Assembly: GCA_035084275.1 (NCBI GenBank)
Contig: CM068759.1
Span: 4,092,001 to 4,156,000, forward strand
Length of the DNA stretch: 64,000 nucleotides
Reading direction: 5' to 3'
DNA from: Hydrolagus colliei
Lineage: Eukaryota
The position numbers and the translations under genes are program-made. The number at the start of each line of letters is the position of its first letter. The first letter of the stretch is position 1. Shown piece by piece: positions 26,640 to 37,700 of the stretch. Below the pieces are notes generated by a model that was given only the letters and a program-made list of their open reading frames with translations, made no database searches and had not been told where the DNA came from.

Positions 26640-27365
26640 TCTCTCCCGGGCTGCCAGCCTGCCGCTCTCCCTCCCTCCCTGCCTGCGTGCCTGCCTGCCT
26701 CTCTCCCTCTCTCTCTCCCGGGCTGCCGGCCTGCCGCTCTCCCTCCCTCCCTCCCTGCCTGCGTGCCTGCCTGCCTCTCTCCCCCTCTCTCTCCCAGGCT
26801 GCCGGCCTGCCTCTCTCCCTCTCTCTCTCCCGGGCTGCCGGCCTGCCGCTCTCCCTTCCTCCCTCCCTGCCTGCGTGCCTGCCTGCCTCTCTCCCTCTCT
26901 CTCTCCCAGGCTGCCGGCCTGCCTCTCTCCCTCTCTCTCTCCCAGGCTGCCGGCCTGCCTCTCTCCCTCTCTCTCTCCCAGGCTGCCGGCCTGCCTCTCT
27001 CCCTCTCTCTCTCCCAGGCTGCCGGCCTGCCTCTCTCCCTCTCTCTCTCCCGGGCTGCCGGCCTGCCTCTCTCCCTCTCTCTCTCCCTGGCTGCCGGCCT
27101 GCCTCTCTCCCTCTCTCTCTCCCTGGCTGCCGGCCTGCCTCTCTCCCTCTCTCTCTCCCTGGCTGCCGGCCTGCTTCTCTCCCTTTCTCCCTCCCGGGCT
27201 GCCGGCCTGCCTCTCTCCCTTTCTCCCTCCCTGGCTGCCGGCCTGCCTCTCTCCCTCTCTCTCTCCCACGCTGCCGACCTGCCTCTCTCCCTCTCTCCCT
27301 CTCTCTCTCTCCCTCTCTCCCTCCCTGGCTGCCTGCCTCTCTCTCTCCCTACCTACCTGTCTCTC
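26640..27365 (+). repeat. Pyrimidine-rich 36-bp minisatellite (CTGCCGGCCTGCCTCTCTCCCTCTCTCTCTCCCnGG)n
   Basis: About 10 regular units at 26911-27270 with variant units on each side. This explains the long low-complexity ORFs here. Confidence 0.95.
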
Positions 27366-27879
27366 CTCCCTTCTGCCGGCAATATCATTGAAAATGCTTC
27401 CGTTTTTTTTCACCAAGAAAACGTCAAAAACGGGGGGTGCGCCTTATACGCGGGTGCGCCTTATACGCGGAGATATACGGTACAGTACCTTGTGATTTGA
27501 CCAAGTCCCAAATAGCTGTTGAGCAGTTTCTTGTTTATTTAAAATCAAATCTTCTTGAAACTCAACCAATAGATTATATTATGTTATATTAACAAGTCTC
27601 TTTTGGAAGTGTGGTTCTGGGCATCATAAAAGGATACTATCATTCCAAGTTGTGAATCCTGCATTGGAGATTTGTGAGGCCTTGATATTTTTAAAGGTTT
27701 CTTCTTGCCATATTCATGTGATCTACGGTGCTAAATGTAAGGCGTTATTTTTGGTTAATCTTGGAAGTTTTTTTTCTTACTGTTGTCTGTACTGTACAGT
27801 TGTTCATGTTGAAAAGTTCTTCAAGTTCCACTTGCATGTGCTCTTTTCATAATTTTAATGTTAAGCATCTTATGCAGGA

Positions 27880-28250
27880 ACAAATTACATTTGTATAGTG
27901 TCTTTCATGTGGGGAAGACGTCCCAAGAACAGTCGAGCTGGGAAGTCAAGCAGCACCCGAGTTAGGGTCAGGAGTGGAGTGGAGGTAGGAAGGTGATCAA
28001 AAGCACGGTGAAAGAGGGGGTGGGGGGAGGTCTTGAGACGGGTCTTAAAGGAGGGAATTGAGGGGTTGAGGTGAAGGGGCTGTGAGATGGAATTCCAAAG
28101 GGTCGGGGAAGAGAAACGGGGAAGTGCAACCACTGATGGTGGGGTAGGCAGGGAAAACGTGGAGCGGGCCAGTCTGCTGAGCAGAGGGAGCGGACACGAC
28201 AGCAATGAGTTAGCAGGTCACAGGGGTAGTGAGGAGCAAGGCTGTGGAGG
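27880..28250 (-). mobile_element. L2 LINE 3' end
   Basis: Minus strand FSSPTLWNSI...SIPSFKTRLKT plus the tail cttgggacgtcttccccacatgaaagacactatacaaatgtaatttg. Confidence 0.8.
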
Positions 28251-29277
28251 GAGTGTTTGCAAATCTTTTTTATAGCCAATCTTCCCTTAAACGTTCACAA
28301 TAGATTATACGATCAGTTTGGAGGGAAGAATGAAACAAAATGGAATGATTATTTTTAGTTGGACAGAAATAGTAGGTGATCTGCAAGTTTTGTCCAGTGT
28401 AACCATCGCTTCCTTTAAAATCAAAAATATATCTGACCCTGATTTAATGCATCATGGGCCACTTTTGCTTATTTGGGATATAATATGTGATGTATTTTTT
28501 GTACATTTCTGGGAGAAAGCTAGAAATATAAAGATTTAGTCATTTTGTATTTAGAATAACTGAAATCAATTACAAACAAATGTCTGGGTCAAAATTACGG
28601 TCTGACTAATTGAAGTGCAGAATATGTTAAAACGATTGCTGTACAGTGTTTAAAATATATGTAGGATTTGTTTGTACAACTTTGTTGAGAGTGTTGAGTT
28701 GTGATCCAGATCAAAACCTCCTTGTAAATAGTCAATTTGTGACAATGTTTCTAGCTAACTTGGTATAGGACATATGAATGAAAGGTGTATTGTTCTTCAA
28801 TAGGAAATAACAGCATAGGAAAATGTGTGAAGCCCACTGCAAAGATAATTGTAGGGAAAATAATTTTTAAAATCTGTGCTCTTTTCAAATTTTCTACAAA
28901 AGCCGCCACGAATATTTTCTGTTTTGATCTTAGATTTTTTTTGCTTGTGATGCACTACGTTAACATACTTTTAAAAATATTAAAGCAGCCCCAACCATTA
29001 GATTGAATCTTCCTTGATTGTTCTAAGGGAGTGACTTTATGACTTTTGCCATAGTTTTTATACCTTGAGGTTTGTACAGAAATCTAAACTACATTTAACA
29101 TCTGCAAAACTAAACAGCTAGGAAATTATGTACATCAAGAGAATTAGAATTTTGAAAATATATATCTGGGCTTACCCTTGAATTCAATTTGAAATTATAA
29201 AATTAGTCTGTGCATGTACAGATTTGTTTGTAACTTTGTGGAAATCACAAATCGAACGTGATTAGAGAATCCTAGTA

Positions 29278-29491
29278 CAGTAAAAGCCCGTTATCCGTGA
29301 CCCGATCAACCGTAACTTCCATATAACCATACCTCAAAAAAAAAGGTCCACATTTGATTAACCAGAATTGATCCAGAAAAATGCATTATTTTTTATTTTA
29401 TTTATTTGTGTGTTTTCGGCTGAATATCCGGCACGCGCTTTAACTGGTATTGGCCAGGTCCCGAGGGTACCGGATAAACGGGCTTTTACTG
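29278..29491. mobile_element. Tigger/pogo-like MITE (214 bp)
   Basis: TIR CAGTAAAAGCCCGTT(T)ATCCG / CGGATAAACGGGCTTTTACTG, with TA duplication on both sides. Confidence 0.9.
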
Positions 29492-29721
29492 TATTCTGAA
29501 CTGTTCTGAACTCTATTGTTTGTGGAATGCAGTTTTGTGGTGAGATTTACCTCCTTTGGAACTCAATCCCACAATACTTTCGGCTTGACTTAATCGAGGC
29601 CTGACTTAGGATCTTGCTTTTCGATTGTGCCTTCAGCTGCCCCCCTACCCCTCTTTCCTCCCTCATCCCAACCATGCCCCCTCCACCAAGCTCGGGTCCT
29701 GCCCCCCGACTGCTCAGCAGT

Positions 29722-30050
29722 TGTCAGACTGGTTCAGTCAGTGGCACTCGCGTCTCTGTCAGAAGGTCATGGGTTAAAGTTCCATGAATTTACAAGTCTA
29801 TTGACTGACACATTGCAGGGCTGGGAGTATGCTGCGCTGATGGAGGTGTCATCCTTTCAATTAGACTTTAATTCTAGATTCTGTCTGGCTGTTCAGCTAA
29901 ACACTAAAGATCGCATGGCACTATTTGGGGAAAAAAGAAGGGAGTTTCTCCCAGTGTCCTGGCCACCAATTCTCCCAAATAAACTTGGTCATTCACTTCC
30001 TGTATGTAGGACATTGTTGGGTGCAAATTGTCTGCTGGTATTGCTATACA
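29722..30050 (+). mobile_element. DeuSINE family B copy
   Basis: ggttcagtcagtggcactcgcgtctctgtcagaaggtcatgggtt...gatggaggtgtcatccttt...aaagatcgcatggcactatttgg. Confidence 0.7.
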
Positions 30051-30305
30051 AAATATACAGGTCACTATACAGATATTAGTTTAGGTTCAACTAACCAACA
30101 AAATCTTGTACTTTTTATCCATTGATCCATTGGTCAAGTTAAATTTTGATTGTATATAACCAGCAGGATTCTGCTGATAATGTTTATTTTGTAATGAAAC
30201 TGCAGTAGTACATTGAGCAATCCATCATTGACTGTCAAGCTGAGCACTGAAGTGCTTACTAACTGTTCAAGCATGTGGCATGGCACTATGCTCCAACATG
30301 TCAGA

Positions 30306-30384
30306 AATGTTTTTACGTGAATTTCAGCTTTAACGTGTTTTCTTAATGTTTTTACGTGCATTTCAGCTTAAACGTGTTTTCTTA
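30306..30384 (+). repeat. 39-bp tandem duplication (2 copies)
   Basis: aatgtttttacgtg(a/c)atttcagctt(t/a)aacgtgttttctt x2. Confidence 0.9.
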
Positions 30385-31589
30385 CTTTCCTTTTTTGCTG
30401 AAAATGGTGAGTCACCCGCAGGTATATTTTTCAAGTTCACCACCAATACGATAACACCTCATCCAATCGGTCATTTTTAATTTGTAAGTAAAGATGAGCT
30501 GTGGCCAACAATGCCTCACCATAGATTAGCTAACTCTGAATCAGTTTTATGTGTGTATTAACAGCACATTTGGTGGCTCATATACTCTCTGTACCATGGT
30601 GTGGCTTACCAAATTCATTTTTATTTTGTGTGCTGTTTTAAAAATTATATACTTTGGTGGATCCTTAATCATGATTTTGACCTCTGTCACATGAAATAGC
30701 GGTACAGTGAATTTTGGCTTTGGGGTTTAAATATGACAGAAAATTGATGCACAAAAATGGGTATATTCAGTAAATATCTGCCATTGATTTGTTTTCAGCC
30801 ATGTCAAAATTAGTTAAGTTTTTTGCTGTTCAACCCCAAACAGTCCCTTCAGTCTCCAATCACTAGTTACACATTTGGGTGCCAGGAATACATCCTGAAT
30901 CACATACACGTAATGTCCAACTGAGTCTGTCAGTGCACAGGTACTCGGTTTAGTGACCATGTGGGAGAGTCCGATTAGGACAGTGGTGCTTGTGTATGTC
31001 AGAAGCTAAAAAAAAAGCTGGGTATTTTTCACAGCAAATTGCCTTTTCTTATTCTATTTCAATACCTGGGTATTTATTATGAAAATTAATGGAACTTGAC
31101 TTTGAACAATGGATTTGTGCTACACTTGAGCAACACTTGTGCTTCTGTATTGGCAGTTTTGTTGTTGGATGTAGATAGGAATTCAAAACCTGTTCGATCA
31201 CTATTCCTTTAAAATATTTTCCTTGGGGACATTTGAATGAATAAGGGATTTATTTTTAATTGCCATTGAAACAATAAACAAATACTGCTTTGTGTCTCAC
31301 TTGGGTGAAACTAAAACTTGTGGGTAGAGTGAAAATTTGCCCAGAGGCCAAGTTGACATCAATTCTATGGTTGCGGGATGTATAATAATTGCAAACGTGA
31401 TCAAGAGCATCTTTATGCCTTTTATGTCCTCTGCCTATAGAAGTTTCTCAAGATTTGAAACCACATGAATTATTTGCAGTACATTTAAGAGATGCAATGT
31501 TTTTCTTTGGTTTTAGACAACCCCATCCGATTATGTTTAAAGTAAAATGTATTCTACATGATCTTGTAAAATATATGGGATTGCTGTTT

Positions 31590-32152
31590 GATATTGCTGT
31601 GCGCAATTAGCTGCTGCATTTCACCTACAAATATACGATCAATTCACTTTACAATATATACTGTGAAGTGCTTTGAGACATCTAGAAGAAGTGAAAAATA
31701 TCAAATGTAAATATTATTATTAGAACTGTATAGGGCTCCTTAAGAAACTTTTATTGATTCTTCCATTGATTGTTGCTACACAAGTAATCCAAAAAACAAA
31801 GTAAATATTTAACAAAGTATGTTAGTTTAGCCCGTATTTACAAATTGTGGATAAGTTTAATGATAATAATCCCTTGCATTTCATTTAGCGCTTTTCACGT
31901 ATCTGGATGTTTCAAAGCAGTTCACAATATATGCTTTGAAATGAATTGACTGTACATTTGTGGATGAAACATGGCAGCCAATTGCGCACAACAGTTTCCT
32001 ACAAGCAGTCGTGGATTGAAGTGACCAACTTTGTTTTTGACAGATTATTATTAGGCATGTGGAGTAAGGAAACCTGCTCAAGGTTTTGCCCTGACCTGCT
32101 GGGAACTGAACCCAGGTCTTGCGCGTATGAGGCGAGTGAACTACAGGACTCC
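31590..32152. mobile_element. Tail-to-tail pair of family A SINEs (31590-31722 plus; 31862-32152 minus)
   Basis: Both match the family A core and tail in opposite orientations, about 140 bp apart. Confidence 0.85.
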
Positions 32153-34611
32153 ATTTAAGTTTAAATTGTGTAAATACATTTGCGGATATCGTAAGAACAC
32201 TTTTGTATTTTTGGATGTCCTGAGCTGCAAGCAGGAGATAAGTGTTTGTGGAAATATCGGAAATTGTATTCTTTCTTGTGCCTTTTTGTTTTCATTGGAA
32301 AGGGTGTGGTCACTTTCTGGCAGGCACTCAAGTGTTTCCATCAAAGCATGAAAATACTTAAAATTTTTCCAACCGCGATATCTTGGCTGTCAATCATTTT
32401 CATTGAAAGATTTGAGGTGAATGATTTGATAGAAGGTTGAAGGGTGAGATAACCAAATTAAAGTTGGTGAACATTGGCTAACAAACAGCTTCTTGTAATC
32501 CAGTGTGCATATTTTTGAAAACTGGTTAGGTGGAGATCCATTTTGGTCAACAGCAGTGTTTAAAACCTTTCTCAAAGTTTTAGACAGAGTCTAGAAGATT
32601 GCATTGTGCGTTAGTGTTTCTAACCTGAAAGTTGTATCGTGTAACCTAATTGTGCACCTTTTAAATTTTTAATTTCTCTTCAGTTTCTGTTCTCTCTAAG
32701 TCAGTACATACTCAGGGGTGGAATTAAAAGACTCTCTCTCTCTCCACTTGTGAATGTTACAATGATTACCTGATACAAAAAAAGGGCATACAATGATGGT
32801 TAGCAGTTCCATTTAGTGTTAAGTCAGGGAACAAAAGATAACAACCTCCAGTGAATCTCGATGGGGAAAGCTCACAATTGGGGTGGTAGGAGAAGAGGAG
32901 GGAAGATTTATTCTTTTTTAAAAAAAGCTTCTATGCTTCAGAGTTGGATGTTTTGTAATCACAATTCATGTAATTACTTTTTCCAACTCTATCATGAATT
33001 AGAAGAGATACCAAATGAGGTAGGGAGAGATAAGTGGCAGGTGAAGAACTATGGGATTCTGTTGCGCACGTCCACTTAGCAAGAGGAGCACAGCAAAGTA
33101 TATCGTCCAGCAAATGATTTGTGTCCAGTCTCTTGGCAGAAGGTGTGGGGGGATTGTATTTGTGTGGGGAAGAGGGTTCGATTTGTTTAGATTCCTCACC
33201 TTATAAGCCAGAGTCGATCCTTGATTCTTTAAATTGACCAGTGAGGGATCGAGAGCAATTGACAATCATTGAGTTTGCCTGTTAAAAATGCTACCCACGA
33301 CAATATTATCCAGATTGCTATAATATCATATTTTTGATTGTCTGGTGAGTCTACTTTCTGAGATGTGTGGACTTTGGGGCAGATGTTTTTCTTTCCTGTT
33401 TTGGTCCAGAGCGTAAAGAATTTAGCAACGGTTTTAATATAATCTAACCCTTTCCACTATAGACTATGAAATTAGTTTTGGGCCTGTTGCATATTTTCCA
33501 TACTTTATTCAATTTATTACAAAAAGAGTGTAAATTGGCCTTGTTTCACAGAAAATTATTGCAGATTAATTCAAAAGTATATTGTACAGTATAGGGTCAA
33601 CATCAAATGTAACCAGCAAACAATCGGGATTGAATTGGCAATATATCTGCATACTTTTAATGTTCTGCAATCATGCTGTCAATCTGTGGGGGAGAAACAG
33701 TTCATTGGTGTATCAGTGTAAAGAATCAAGAGTGAAGAAATGCAACAGGAAGCATCGGTGGTTTAGTTAATAATTCTGAGTGTTTGTGAGATCTATGACG
33801 AGTTTTATATGGTATATTGGAAATATTTGGCTGCTTTCACCTTCTTGCTAGTAATTGTGAAAACTAATGGAAAGTACTCTTGCTTCCTGTTTCATACTTA
33901 ACATATTGACTTGGGGGTTTTAAGTTGTAATTTACAAAAAAGGAAAGCATTACAGAAATTGAATTACAATGCAGATGTAGGTTAGAGAAAATACATTTAA
34001 GGAAATACCGAAAAGCTTATTAATCAAATGCTTTTTTTAAACTCTTTATGGAGTTGCAACTAATCTCGTATACAACAGCTGGACTATTCCTCCACATGGA
34101 CATAGCACAAAGTACGACATGTCACTGAAATCACACAGCTATCGGAAAGCAGAGGGATTATTCTAAATTTTTTTAATAATTATTGCACACAAACTTGCAA
34201 ATAAGGAAAAGGCATAATTGGACTGACTTGTGGATTGAAAGTATGATTGGAAATCTGACCATTATGAATGAGCACGTAAATTGGAAACTGAATGAGGTTT
34301 TTAAGTTTGTGTCTCGTTTCTTGTAGTGTAAACTGGATTATTAATTAGCTGGATAAATGAAAGAGGACACATCTGAATGGTAATAGTTCTAATTATTCAT
34401 TAGGAATAGTTATGAAAGTATGTTCTTTGACTTTTACATATGTAAAATCTGGTACATTTGAAATACTTTATGATGAGACTTATGCGCGTGTGTGTGTTTG
34501 TGTCAGCCTGCCAAGTATTCAAAAGCCCTTTCTGACCAAATTTCACTTTAACTGCTGCATACTAACACCACTATTGATGTGAAATATGAGCAGTTTATTA
34601 ATATTGTGACA

Positions 34612-34772
34612 TTGACTGTTTGTGGGGCCCTGCTGTGCTCAATTGGCTGCTGCGTTTCCCCCACAAATATAGTCAGTTTACTTTACAGTATATTCTATAA
34701 GCGCTTTGAGATGTCTAGAAGATGTGAAAAGCGCTATATCAAATGCAAGGACTATTATTATTATTATTATTG
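34612..34772 (+). mobile_element. SINE family A, 3' half
   Basis: tgactgtttgtggggccctgctgtgctcaattggctgc...aaatgcaaggactattattatt. Confidence 0.85.
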
Positions 34773-37700
34773 AGATGCAAAGTTGCCATTGAACATATTG
34801 CCGCATGTGATGCTTGATATGTAGACAGGATGGTAGATGTATATGGGCAGTTCTGCTATCAAATTGCATAATTTTGACAAAAGGAGAAAATAGGATTTAT
34901 TTCACTGAATTTAAAATAATGTTTCTGTATTTAGATAAATAATACATTTTACAACCTCTCCTTTCACTGTGTAAAAATGAGAAGCAATTTCATAGTTTCA
35001 TAGAATCTTCAAATCGTGATTCTGAGAAATATCGCCCTGAAATTGTTTTATTGTGGCATAAAACTATCTGATGTGTTTACTCATGACCCCAAAACTGTTT
35101 GCTCTTCAGCTTTTCCTGTTCCAGGAAGCCTGTGCCATAATTGTTCATGCTGTCCCCCAGATAATCACAGGAAACATTTCTCAGAAATGTAAAGTGTTGC
35201 ACCAACATAATTTTTAAGATGCTAATAAAGAGGTCTTCAAACCCTCTGGTACTCCACTCCATAACTTCATTTTTTTTTCTTTAGTTTATGGGTAATGCAG
35301 GTAATAGTACTGATTGTATCTTTATTGTGTATTTACATAAATAATAGAGGAAGTCTTGCACATTTGAGGCGGGTTTAATTCACACCACAGTAGAATTTGT
35401 AAAACTAAAGTGTGTTTTCCGTAATGTTTTGATACTATGTCATTTGTCACGACCCTATCTTTAACCCATAAACTTGTATGTTTCATGATTGGTTTTAAGG
35501 GTTAAAATGCTGCCTGTAAAAGCAATTGATTTTCCTAATCCAGCTGTTTGTGCTTCTTCACTCTATTCTACGTTGGGAACTGTGTGTAAACATTGACAAA
35601 TGTTAGCACTAGAAGCACATCGACCTTGGTTGGTACTGATATCAAGCATTGTCAATACAGTACTATGAAGTTCTTTGCCCACGCCAAGTTGGCGTTTAAT
35701 CCCAGGAATGGGTTTTCAGCACCCAGGAAAACCCCTTTCCCCCTCCCCAATACCAGTGGCCCCAGGATTCATTTTTGGCCTCTTTTGGAATTGTTTTCAC
35801 TTTGTGTATACTTTCCTGAACAGAGTTTAGGCCGCTGCTTCTGCGAGGCAACAGAATTTCTGTCATTGTTAGTTTTGGTAGCATCTGGTCTGACCAAATC
35901 AACTGTGTGGCCGCCACCAATTAACAGGATTCCAATATACGTAGGGTGTTATAAACTTGCAGATTTCCTCCCAGGTGCTGTGCTTAAGATAATTCCACTT
36001 TGTTTTGCCCTTTCTTTGCCCATCTTCAGTTCACCCCTGAACACATTCCTTTACGATCACTTTCCATTTCTTCCCAGCTCAGCATTAAGCATTCTTAATC
36101 GATCCTTGAATCCTACAAATGAATGCCCACTTTGTGCTACCTTAGCTGACAGCCGCAATGGGAATGGTACAATTAGTCTTAGTGCCTCCTGGGTTGAGAG
36201 GAAAATGAGCCGGGTTCCAATTCCATTCTAGAAGATGCACATACAGTGAGTACAAGTTGGGACTCAGCTGAATTGTTCTCCAGTTTTTAATTGTCTGACA
36301 CTGTTGTGAAGCAGGCATAATGAATGTCAACTTGGGTGAGTTACTGAAGGAACAAGCATTTATTGAATTGTATTCACAGTAGAAGGGGGATGGAAGCTAG
36401 CAAAAGGGGAGGGGAACCTGCTTGCATACATCACTGCAATTCAAATTAACCATATTTTGACAGCATAAAATGATACAATCAAATGCAGTCATTATGATCA
36501 GAAACACAAAATACTGCAGATGCTGGAAATCTGCGCTGTATCAAATGCAAGGATTATTATTTATATTAAATGTTACACTAGCTAGCCATGAATGTGAGAT
36601 TTCCAATTGTTGATGTTTTGTACTGTAATCTTGTACTAACAAGAAACCTGGTTTGGGTTGCCTCAACTCATTTCAGCTAGGTCCCTTCAAGCACGCAGAA
36701 TTTTTGTTGCATCATCTTAAGATGGGTTCATGTTTCATTTCCAACAATGTTGTAAATGAGCAGTAATTATTCGGTGTTGACAAGTTTGCATGGCTATGTA
36801 GGGATAGCACAGGAGTGGGTTGATTTGGATAGTTCTTTTCAAAAGAGCCAGCACAGACATGATGGGCTGAATGCCCTCCTTTTATGCTGTATATTTCCAT
36901 GAAGGGTTTTACTAGTTGACTATGACTGCTGACCCAAACTTGAAGTCACAAAGCTTTCCAAACTAACGAGGATGATTGTGTTTTAGTTGGTTTACTACTT
37001 AATTTTCAAAATGTAGTGTAAATCAGTTTTTTTCTAATAGAATTTTGAGTATGTCATACGAAGCAAATTTTGTTCCCAAACCTAAAGTTGTGAATACTGT
37101 CTGTAGTCATGTTTTCTAGACTTTTAATGGTGAATTTAATTTTTAAGATTCAATCTAGGAAATGTTTGAGGAAAGTCTTTTTTGGAAAGTGAAGGTAACC
37201 CTCCTACCGACACCCTTGAGTGTGTCCTGCGTCAGTAAAGCTAGTACAAACATTATGCAAGAAAACTGTGCAATTCAGAACATGTTGTATTGTAGTTCAA
37301 ATAGTTCTTATGTTATATGTAGGATAAAATAGGCAAATTGTTTTTGAAAAGCCTATTGTTTAATACTGTACGTTTTATTCTGCTTGAAGGTTCTCAGCTT
37401 TTGTTTGCACTCTTACGATTTAACTGTATATTGTAAGTGAGTAGGCAGGAAACGTGTCTTCCCTTCTAGGAAAAAGTTGCAAGGGCAGAAGTGCTCAAAG
37501 TAGTGCAAATGTGTATATCAGTGAATTGCTTAAGTACCTGCTGACAGTTGGTCTATAATTCATGTAATGTATTAGCTACTGTATATGGTGTGTTAACACC
37601 AACTTTTGGAATTTCTTTCAAATTTTATATGGAAAACCACTCACTGGTGGTTGTGTACTCTTGGAAAAGTTTTCTTATTGGTACAGTTTGTTTAATGCTG

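Larger units (their letters stand above)
26108..27480. mobile_element. Non-autonomous Tc1/mariner-superfamily element (Tc2/pogo-like termini) carrying a minisatellite
   Basis: 27-bp TIR CCGTAyATCTCCGCGTATAAGGCGCAC at both ends (1 mismatch). TA target duplication at 26106-07 and 27481-82. Subterminal GGTGCGCCTTATACGCG repeats. Confidence 0.9.

Noticed and set aside
26198-27500. Long ORFs of 206-412 aa on both strands
   Set aside because: They are translations of an N gap plus a stop-free 36-bp minisatellite inside a MITE.
35593-36231. 212-aa plus-strand ORF in intron 1
   Set aside because: Non-ATG start, no recognisable domain or splice context. The opposite strand reads RLRM...RNVFRGELKMGKER with stops, resembling a decayed RTE-type LINE C-terminus, so it is probably an antisense shadow.
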